Shown: piece by piece, positions 21,890 to 29,864 of the stretch
Position numbering within the stretch: the first letter of the stretch is position 1
How the letters are laid out: each line of letters starts with the position of its first letter
Origin: Obrimoposthia wandeli
Lineage: Eukaryota
Length of the DNA stretch: 64,000 nt
Reading direction: 5' to 3'
Assembly: GCA_977020255.1 (NCBI GenBank)
Contig: CDROCS010000253.1
Coordinates: 1,302,001-1,366,000, forward strand
Program-made: the position numbers and the translations under genes
Notes under the pieces: generated by a model
What the model saw: the letters and a program-made list of their open reading frames with translations, nothing else
What the model was told of the DNA's origin: nothing
Database searches by the model: none

Positions 21890-22200
21890 ATGGTATCAAC
21901 TCACGTTGAATTCTATCAAGGCACTAAAGGTCCGTTATTTCGTATCATTCGAACGCCAGAAAAAGTGCTTGCGCAGCTATTATTTATTGCACCATTATTT
22001 GAACAGGCTAATCAAACTCGTCATCATATCACCCGTTCAGCCATTAATGCTTATCATCAAGGGTTGCAAAGCATTATTTTTGATCACTATGGTACCGATG
22101 ATAGTGCTGGTCAACTCATTGACGCTAATCTGGCCTTATGGCAGCAAGATATTCTACGCCAACTCAGATCCCTTAAAGCTCAGTCTTCACAAGCTATTTA
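21890..22200 (+). pseudogene. N-terminal half of exosortase-A-associated hydrolase 2
   Basis: APLFEQANQTR, FDHYGTDDSAG, WQQD; similarity stops at about 22200 before the nucleophile region. Confidence 0.65.
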
Positions 22201-22641
22201 TTTATCGTTGTTGGCGGCCCACAAACGCGTGTTGGTAGTCACAGGTTATTTGTTTATTTGGCTTGAGCGTTAGCCAAAAAAGGGCTTGTAGTATTTCGTT
22301 TTGATTATAATGGTGCAGGATATAGTGAAGGCACTGTTAGCTCTTTTACCTAAAATCAGCAAAGCCAAGCCAGTAATGATATTGATAAACAAGACAATTT
22401 TGTAATACAAATGCTACAAGGGTTAACTAAGTTTCCCGGTACGGCTGATATATTGCTGAGCGGTAATGATTTAACCGCTGATGAATTTAAGTTATTAGTT
22501 AAAAGTAATAAGCACTGGCGTGAGGTAATGGCTCGGGCTACTATAAATCAACACATAATTAGTCATGCGGACCACACTTTTTCTCAACGAGATAAACAGA
22601 GTCAGCTAATTAAATTAGTAGGTAAGGTTTTAGCAAAGTAA
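22201..22641 (+). pseudogene. Fragments of exosortase-A-associated hydrolase 1
   Basis: In one frame: IVVGGPQTRVGSHR, TGA 22264, RFDYNGAGYSEG, TAA 22351, then LLSGNDLTADEF and ADHTFS; middle deleted. Confidence 0.75.
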
Positions 22642-22755
22642 ATAGTTAACAGATAGTTAAGAAATTCACTCAAGCTATGTTACTTGCATCCATAAATGCT
22701 TTACAATTATATAATAAAATTTACCTGCATAAATTTAACAACATAAGGAAGCAAA

Positions 22756-25038
22756 ATGAAAATAGGGATTATCGTTGGCACTCGCCCAGAAATAATCAAA
22801 ATGGCACCCGTTATTCGTGAATGTAAAAAACGCGGTATTGCCTATTTTATCATCCATTCTAATCAACATTACTCGCAAGAGATGGATAGCATTTTCTTTA
22901 AAGAATTGGAATTACCTGCACCAGATTATAATTTGGGGGTTGGCTCTGGTTTACATAGTAATCAAACAGGTAATATTTTAATTGAGATGGAGCCCATCTT
23001 ATTGCAAGAAAAGCCTGATGTGGTTTTAGTGCAAGGAGATACCAATACCGTATTAGCTGGCGCATTAGCGGCGTCTAAACTGGATATCAAGGTAGGTCAC
23101 ATTGAAGCGGGTTTACGCAGTTATGATCGCACTATGCCAGAGGAAACTAACCGTATTCTGACTGACCATATGAGTGAGTACTTATTTGCGGTGGGACCAA
23201 ACCAACATGCCATTTTGGCGAAAGAAGGGATTGATAGTGATAAAATATTCACTGTTGGTAATACTGTTTCAGATTCTTTATTTCAGCATTTAGATATTTC
23301 AGCTAGCACAAGCACCATATTAACTGATTTAGGTGTCACTTCAGGTGAGTTCTTCTTAGTTACTGCTCATCGTGCCTCTAATGTTGATATCCCAGCAAAC
23401 TTATTAGAATTGTTAGCATTATTTGATAAATTACACGCAAAATATAGCCAAACTATTGTCTGGCCGATTCATCCAAGAACTCAATCTAAGCTAAAAGAAT
23501 TCTCGATAGAATTACCAAGTTACTTACAGCTTATTCCACCTATTGGTTATTTAGACTTTATTCAATTACAAAAACACGCGCAGTTAATTTTAACTGACTC
23601 TGGTGGTATTCAAGAGGAAGCCTGCTTATTGGGCGTGCCTTGTATTACTTTACGTGAAAATACTGAACGCCCTGAATCAATTGAAGTAGGCGCGAATGTC
23701 TTGGTTGGCCGTGATGCCGATAAAGCGTTAGCTGCAGCAGATAAATGGCTTGCTAGTGATGCCGCTAGTTTTAGTTGGAGTAACCCTTTCGGCGATGGTC
23801 ATGTTGCTGAAACTATTTTAGATATAATCACTAATACAGTACCTAGTACGCTTGAGTCTGAAATCGTTGCTAAAAATGAAACACTAAGTGTTATTGGCAT
23901 GGGTTATATGGGCTTGCCGATTGCGAGTTTATTAGCTGAAGCGGGTTATAAAGTAACAGGTGTTGATTTAAACAGTGATAAAGTAGTTGCTATTAATGAA
24001 GCACAATGTCCTTTTGATGAAGCTGGTTTACCCGAGCTCATTACTAAGGTTGTTTCACAAGGTTTTTTAACAGCCAGTACTGACATACCCTCAAGTGAAA
24101 CGTACTTAGTTGCTGTGCCGACACCACACAAAAATAACAGCTGCGATCGTAGTTATGTTTTTAGCGCAGTTGATGCTATCGCTAAAGTGGCCAAAAATGG
24201 TCAAACCGTGATTGTTGAGTCAACCATTTCGCCACAAACAAGTGTTGCTGTTGCACAACGATTCGCAGATGCTGGTTTAACTATTGATGTTGTTCATTGT
24301 CCGGAGCGGGCAATTCCAGGCCAAACCTTGCATGAACTTGTTCACAACGACAGGATCATCGGTGCCGCTAATCCGACAGCACAACAGAAAGTTAAAACGA
24401 TTTACCAAAGCTTTGTTAAAGGTGAAGTGTTCTTAACAGACTTAACTACGGCAGAGTGTATCAAGTTAGTAGAAAATACTTCACGTGATGTTGGTATTGC
24501 CTTTGCAAATGAATTATCACAAATATGTGTAGAGCTTGACGTTGATGTTTATGAAGTCATCCGTTTAGCAAATCGTCATCCAAGAGTAAATGTGTTAACA
24601 CCAGGTCCTGGTGTCGGTGGACATTGCATTCCAATTGACCCTTGGTTCTTAGTTGAAAACACTAAAGCGGGTGAATTTGTTCGTTTAGCACGAGAAATTA
24701 ATGATAAACGTCCAAGTATAGTGGCAGAGCAAGCACTCGCATTACTCGGTGATACTAAAGCTAGCTTAATAGGTAAAAAAGTAGGTATCTTAGGCGTGGC
24801 ATATAAGGCCAATGTTGATGATTGTCGTGAGTCTCCCGCGGATGCAATCCTTGATCACTTTAAGGAAGCGGGCGTTGAAGTTAATTACCATGATCCTTTT
24901 GTACCAAACTGGCATTGTGATCGCCAAGAAATTATTAGCGATATAGATAACTGGGCAGACGTTCTTATTTTGGTAACAGACCATGAATGCTACAGCAACT
25001 TGAAGGTCTCCAGTCTATTGCTCAATACACGAGCTTAA
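22756..25038 (+). CDS. Fused UDP-GlcNAc 2-epimerase (WecB) and UDP-ManNAc dehydrogenase (WecC)
   Basis: WecB motifs GTRPE, HIEAGLRS, TDSGGIQEEA, NPFGDG; then WecC motifs VIGMGYMGLP, PERAIPG, GPGVGGHCIP, in one 760-aa ORF. Confidence 0.9.
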   Translation: MKIGIIVGTRPEIIKMAPVIRECKKRGIAYFIIHSNQHYSQEMDSIFFKELELPAPDYNLGVGSGLHSNQTGNILIEMEPILLQEKPDVVLVQGDTNTVLAGALAASKLDIKVGHIEAGLRSYDRTMPEETNRILTDHMSEYLFAVGPNQHAILAKEGIDSDKIFTVGNTVSDSLFQHLDISASTSTILTDLGVTSGEFFLVTAHRASNVDIPANLLELLALFDKLHAKYSQTIVWPIHPRTQSKLKEFSIELPSYLQLIPPIGYLDFIQLQKHAQLILTDSGGIQEEACLLGVPCITLRENTERPESIEVGANVLVGRDADKALAAADKWLASDAASFSWSNPFGDGHVAETILDIITNTVPSTLESEIVAKNETLSVIGMGYMGLPIASLLAEAGYKVTGVDLNSDKVVAINEAQCPFDEAGLPELITKVVSQGFLTASTDIPSSETYLVAVPTPHKNNSCDRSYVFSAVDAIAKVAKNGQTVIVESTISPQTSVAVAQRFADAGLTIDVVHCPERAIPGQTLHELVHNDRIIGAANPTAQQKVKTIYQSFVKGEVFLTDLTTAECIKLVENTSRDVGIAFANELSQICVELDVDVYEVIRLANRHPRVNVLTPGPGVGGHCIPIDPWFLVENTKAGEFVRLAREINDKRPSIVAEQALALLGDTKASLIGKKVGILGVAYKANVDDCRESPADAILDHFKEAGVEVNYHDPFVPNWHCDRQEIISDIDNWADVLILVTDHECYSNLKVSSLLLNTRA

Positions 25039-25040
25039 TC

Positions 25041-25080
25041 AAAAGCCCATTAGCTTTGCTGTTAATGGGTTTTATTTTTT
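25041..25080 (+). terminator. Intrinsic terminator after wecBC fusion
   Basis: AAAAGCCCATTA...TAATGGGTTTT followed by a T-rich tract. Confidence 0.75.
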
Positions 25081-25166
25081 TTTAGCTATTGATATAGTTA
25101 GATTATAAATGCAATGCTTACAGGCATTGCATTTATAACAATGATAACCGCAAAAGGAAATTTGAC

Positions 25167-27911
25167 ATGAAGTTTGTAAAAGCCTCCCTCTATCTAAGTA
25201 TCGCTCTGGCAGTCTCGGCCTGTGGTGAACAAGTATCCGTTGAATCCCATCTAGAAAATGCCAAAAGCTATCTGAATGAAAACAAAGTTAATGAAAGTAT
25301 TATTGAATTAAAAAATGCTATTCAAGTTGATAATAAAAATGCGGAAGCACGTTTTTTGTTAGGTCAGATCTATTTAAATTTAGGTGATGGTCTTACTGCG
25401 GTTAAAGAACTAGAACGAGCGAATTCGTTAAAATATTCAGATAATAAAGTTTTACCGCTACTAGCACGTGCTTACATCTTAACTGACAGCGATAGTGATG
25501 TTATCGCATTAAGCACGGCAGCTACAGGACTCGACGTTGAGGAAAAAAGCCAATATTTAGCTTACCAAACACTCGCGGCACTACGTAGTGAGGAGCCTGA
25601 ATTAGCAAAGCAAAGTGTTGAATTAGCGCAGTCGATTGCCCAACAAAGTCTTTATAGCATGCTGGCTTTGGCATACTTTCAGTTATCAGAAAATAAATAT
25701 GATGAAGTAAAAACGCTTGTTTCGAGAATTCTAACCATAGATGCTAAGCAAGTTGATGCCCTGATGTTGCAGGGACAAGTGGCGATGGTGACTACTGAAT
25801 ATCAACTTGCGGTAGACAGCTTTAAGCAATATATGGAGCTACAACCTCGATTTGGTATGGTGCAACTATTATTGGCTAATGCATTACTTAAAGCGGGCCA
25901 TGATGAGGAAGCGGAGGGGCATGCTGATGCCATATTAGCTAAAGTTAATAACCAACCTTTTGCACACTATATTAAAGCCATGGTGCGCTTTCAAGCAAAA
26001 GACTTTGCCGGCGCCAGTGAACATGCCGAAGCCGCATTATCGGCAGACTTTAATCAATTTAATTTAAAATTAGTGGCAGGAGCTAGTGCTTTTTATCTTA
26101 AAAATTGGCAACAAAGCTATCATCACTTAAGTGTTATCGTTAAGTCTTTACCTAATGACCACCAAGCGCGTCGTATGCTTGCCGTTACTCAGTTAGAGCT
26201 AGGTTTAATCGATGAGATTAGTGCTACTATTGGCGATTTTGATGGCAATGATGAGGGGAATTCTCAATTTTTATCCTCTTTGAGTTATAAGCTATTAGAG
26301 TTAGGGGCAACTACAGAAGCGAAGAAGTTACTTGCTCAAAATGATCAAAACAGCTCAAAAAATGCCTCTCATAATGCCCGTCAAGGGATTTTAAAGTTGA
26401 TGATGAATGACCCTTCTGGCATCGAGAATTTGCAAGATGCCGTAAAACTCAACCCTGAGCTTATTGAGGCTGAATTAGCATTAGCATTTGCAGCATTACA
26501 AAGAGGAGATATCGCAAAGGCGAAGGTCATTGCTGATAAATGGCAAAACCAATACCCAGACAAAGCTAGCGGTTTTAATTTATTGGCGAGTATTGCCATA
26601 AAAGAACAAAGATATGATCAAGCAGAGCAAGCACTTAAAAAAAGTTTAGACTTAGAGCCAGACAACTTTTTTGGGTTGACTGAGCAGTTACGAATTGCTC
26701 GTAAACAAAAAAACGATCCTTTAAGTCAACAACGTGCTGATTATTTAATAACTATTAAGCCTGATAACAACAAGGTATTAAGACAATATTTTGGTGTTTA
26801 TCGAAATGAAATGGCGCTAGCAAAACTGACTGCTGCTTATGAGCTTAATAAAACTGATATCAATAAAGCTATATTATTGTCCGAAGCGATGGTGAGTTTA
26901 GGGCAATTAAAGCAAGCCGAAAATTTACTAGTATCGAAAGCTGATACGGCAAAATTACCTAAGCGTTATTGGCAATTGTTGTTATTCATGCACAAAAAGC
27001 AAAATGATGTCGAAAAAATACAGGCTACGCTAGAAAAGTGGTTAAAAAACAATCCTTATCATATTGAAGCGGTCGTGCTGTTAACTGATTTCTATGCGAG
27101 CCAAAGAAATTATGAGCGTGCTTTAACTGTGGTCAAACGAGGACTTGATAACCATAATGACAATTTGCTTTTACAGTTAATTCAAATGCAGTTATTGTTA
27201 AATAATAAGCAAATATCTCCTGCGAAAAGCCTTTATAAAACGTTAGCAATTAAAAATATTAACGACGCACTAAAGCAAGGGCTACTTGGTCGAATATTTC
27301 TTCTAGAAGAGAATTATGCTCAAGCTATACCTAAGTTAACCGTGCTTTACCAAGCTTACCCGAGTAGTCAGAATGCCATTTATTTAGCAGGATCTCATTT
27401 AGGAAATAAAGATAATGTCAAGGCGGTACAGGTGTTAGAGCACTTCCTTAGCATTGACCCACAAGAAAACCGCATTAAAACAATGCTTGCGGGCATATAC
27501 CTTGAAAATGATAGTAATAAAGCGATTGCGGTCTATGATGACATTGTTAAAAAACAGCCTAAAAATATTGTTGCCCATAACAACCTTGCCTGGTTATATT
27601 TGAAGCAAGACAATATCAGCAAAGCCCTAAAACATGCTGAAAAGGCATTTGAACTGGCGCCACATATTGCCAACATTGTTGATACTTACGGTAAGGTTTT
27701 ATTAGGCTCTGGCGATAAAAGAGCTGCCTTGAAATATGCCAGTAAAGCGTCTGAAATAGCCAAAGGCAATGATGTTGATATTCAATTGAATTATGTTGAG
27801 GCACTTATTGCTAATAGTCGAGCCAATGAAGCTAAAGACTTATTAAGCAAAGTAACAATAACAACCGATGAGCAGGAAAAGAAAAAATCAAAACTACTCG
27901 CTCAGTTGTAA
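25167..27911 (+). CDS. prsT: PEP-CTERM/XrtA system TPR-repeat lipoprotein PrsT
   Basis: Lipobox VSAC, IIELKNAIQ...NAEARFLLG, many TPRs, NNLAWL, DTYG; 914 aa. Confidence 0.85.
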   Translation: MKFVKASLYLSIALAVSACGEQVSVESHLENAKSYLNENKVNESIIELKNAIQVDNKNAEARFLLGQIYLNLGDGLTAVKELERANSLKYSDNKVLPLLARAYILTDSDSDVIALSTAATGLDVEEKSQYLAYQTLAALRSEEPELAKQSVELAQSIAQQSLYSMLALAYFQLSENKYDEVKTLVSRILTIDAKQVDALMLQGQVAMVTTEYQLAVDSFKQYMELQPRFGMVQLLLANALLKAGHDEEAEGHADAILAKVNNQPFAHYIKAMVRFQAKDFAGASEHAEAALSADFNQFNLKLVAGASAFYLKNWQQSYHHLSVIVKSLPNDHQARRMLAVTQLELGLIDEISATIGDFDGNDEGNSQFLSSLSYKLLELGATTEAKKLLAQNDQNSSKNASHNARQGILKLMMNDPSGIENLQDAVKLNPELIEAELALAFAALQRGDIAKAKVIADKWQNQYPDKASGFNLLASIAIKEQRYDQAEQALKKSLDLEPDNFFGLTEQLRIARKQKNDPLSQQRADYLITIKPDNNKVLRQYFGVYRNEMALAKLTAAYELNKTDINKAILLSEAMVSLGQLKQAENLLVSKADTAKLPKRYWQLLLFMHKKQNDVEKIQATLEKWLKNNPYHIEAVVLLTDFYASQRNYERALTVVKRGLDNHNDNLLLQLIQMQLLLNNKQISPAKSLYKTLAIKNINDALKQGLLGRIFLLEENYAQAIPKLTVLYQAYPSSQNAIYLAGSHLGNKDNVKAVQVLEHFLSIDPQENRIKTMLAGIYLENDSNKAIAVYDDIVKKQPKNIVAHNNLAWLYLKQDNISKALKHAEKAFELAPHIANIVDTYGKVLLGSGDKRAALKYASKASEIAKGNDVDIQLNYVEALIANSRANEAKDLLSKVTITTDEQEKKKSKLLAQL

Positions 27912-27921
27912 GCTGACTTAG

Positions 27922-28185
27922 CTAGAATTGAGCGTTAAAAACGCGGTACGATTAGCACCTAAAAACGCTGAAGCACGGTTAGGCTTAGGTAATGCGTACC
28001 TAAATCAAGGTAATTATATTAGTGCGGAAAAAGAATTAGACAGAGCTTCTGAATTAGGTGTCTATTTTACTGAAATAGCGACCCTGCAGGCACAAGTCAA
28101 AACGCGTTTGGATAAATTTACTGATATAGAAGAACTGGTAAAAAAGAGTGAAGACTTAGCTGGTGCGACCCGTCGTAAAGCGTAA
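27922..28185 (+). pseudogene. Stub of a second prsT paralog (first TPRs only, no signal peptide)
   Basis: KNAVRLAPKNAEARLGLGNAYLNQG...AEKELDRA aligns with PrsT KNAIQVDNKNAEARFLLGQIYLNLG...AVKELERA. Confidence 0.75.
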
Positions 28186-28230
28186 GTTTGCTTAATAGCG
28201 AATCTTGATTGATTTAATTATCAATTAAGG

Positions 28231-28276
28231 TTCAGACATAAAAAAACCTTCTGCGGAAGGTTTTTTTATGTCTGAA
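28231..28276. terminator. Bidirectional terminator with a 21-bp perfect stem
   Basis: TTCAGACATAAAAAAACCTTC-TGCG-GAAGGTTTTTTTATGTCTGAA. Confidence 0.85.
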
Positions 28277-28340
28277 ATATGAGTAGGGTACTTATGTATT
28301 ACAAGCATAACGCTCAAATTATGTTAGTAAAAACAACATA

Positions 28341-28378
28341 AAAAAAGCCCCAGCTTAACTCAGTTAAACTAGGGCTTT
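28341..28378 (-). terminator. Terminator of the cytochrome c gene
   Basis: Minus strand AAAGCCCTAGTTTAACTGAGTTAAGCTGGGGC followed by a T run. Confidence 0.75.
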
Positions 28379-28402
28379 GTATAGGACTTGAAAAGCGAAA
28401 GC

Positions 28403-28705
28403 TTATTTTAAGCTAGAGTAGTATGCTGCTAAGTTATCCGCGTCAGTAGGAGTAAGTGCTGCTGCCATACCTGACATTACAGGGTCTTTACGTTTTCCTG
28501 ATATAAAGTCTTTAAGCTGCTTAGCAAGATAAGCTTCTTTTTGACCCGCTAAGTTAGGGTACATTGGGATAGCAGAAATACCAGCAGCACCGTGACAAGC
28601 AGCACACATTCCAGCTTTTGCTTTACCAGCTGCTGCATCACCAGCAAATACAGGAGATGCCATCATAACCGTTGCTGTTGCAACAGCAAGCATAAGTTTA
28701 TTCAT
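28403..28705 (-). CDS. Periplasmic monoheme c-type cytochrome (c4/c553-like)
   Basis: Signal peptide, CAACH heme motif, PNLAGQ, distal Met (VMSGMA). Confidence 0.93.
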   Translation of the reverse strand: MNKLMLAVATATVMMASPVFAGDAAAGKAKAGMCAACHGAAGISAIPMYPNLAGQKEAYLAKQLKDFISGKRKDPVMSGMAAALTPTDADNLAAYYSSLK

Positions 28706-28907
28706 AGTTTCACTCTCTTTGGTTCAAAGGTATTTGTAACAGAGGTTAAATGCAAGCATGATAGCTAAGTTACAAAAATAAAATTCTCTTCTGAGTATAT
28801 GAAAATTATAGTAACTTGTCGTCGATTTTTTTTTCAAAATAGCTGATTAGCATCAAACTTTAGTCGTATAATTAACGATATTCTTTAATATATGAAAACT
28901 GGTAATT

Positions 28908-29219
28908 ATGAACCCCGTAACAGCTCCACAAAGTATTGAGTCGTTAACATGTCAAGTAGACCACTTGAACGTAACATTTAAAAACGGCTGGTACCAAGAA
29001 AATATTACAGCATTAATTGACTTGCTATTTTTAGCCATCATGCCAGTTACTATACAAGAGCATAATATTGGCGCTGATCGAGAAAACCTTCGCTTTAGCT
29101 GGGATGATCATTACTTTGTTCTGAATTTTGATTTCTATAGTCAATCATGCTGGATAGAAGGTCAAGACAGTACAAGTGCAGAGCAGTTAACAAGCCTTCA
29201 CTTGGCAATAGAAAAATAA
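28908..29219 (+). CDS. Small conserved protein, probably DUF3630 family
   Basis: GADRENLRFSW...LNFDFYSQSCWIE pattern; TAATG overlap with next gene. Confidence 0.55.
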   Translation: MNPVTAPQSIESLTCQVDHLNVTFKNGWYQENITALIDLLFLAIMPVTIQEHNIGADRENLRFSWDDHYFVLNFDFYSQSCWIEGQDSTSAEQLTSLHLAIEK

Positions 29220-29698
29220 TGAAAATAAGTGATCAACCAATAAAGAAGATTTTAATCAGTGCATGTTTTTTAGGTGAGCGTGTTCGTTATAACGGCGTAG
29301 TAAAACCGCTGGGGAGTAAGTTATTGCAACAATGGCAAAAACAAGGACGTTTATTTTCTATATGTCCTGAAGTTATTTCAGGGTTACCTGTACCGAGACC
29401 ACCCGCAGAAATAAACCCAACCACAAAGCAAGTTATTACCATTGAATCTATTGATGTCACCAATCAATTTGATAAAGGGGCGAAAATAGCACTACGTTTA
29501 TGCCAGCAACATAATATTCAATTGGCCTTATTAAAGGAATCAAGTCCCTCTTGTGGCAGTAATACCATTTATGACGGAACATTTCGCCAGCAAAAAATCA
29601 TTGGTGAAGGAGTAACAACCAAGCTTCTACGTGCGCATGGCATCAAAGTATTTTGTGAAAATTCTATTGAAAATTTGGCTGCACAAATTGATAAATAG
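29219..29698 (+). CDS. DUF523 / 2-thiouracil desulfurase-like Fe-S protein
   Basis: ILISACFLG..VRYNG, CPEV..GLPVPR, LKESSPSCG; likely start is ATG 29219. Confidence 0.85.
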   Translation: MKISDQPIKKILISACFLGERVRYNGVVKPLGSKLLQQWQKQGRLFSICPEVISGLPVPRPPAEINPTTKQVITIESIDVTNQFDKGAKIALRLCQQHNIQLALLKESSPSCGSNTIYDGTFRQQKIIGEGVTTKLLRAHGIKVFCENSIENLAAQIDK

Positions 29699-29758
29699 TA
29701 TTTTTATCGATAAGTGATCAATAAATTAGTCCGATTGGTATAATAATATAAAGAAAGC

Positions 29759-29821
29759 TATACCCGTTACCAATCAACATATATGTTTCAGAGTCCGGCA
29801 CTTTGAATGCCAACGGGTATA
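29759..29821. repeat. 63-bp miniature inverted-repeat (ERIC-like) element
   Basis: Ends TATACCCGTT ... AACGGGTATA, a perfect 10-bp TIR. Confidence 0.7.
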
Positions 29822-29864
29822 GTATAAAATATGGTTCAAGGGAACTGAACTATGTTGACGAGTA

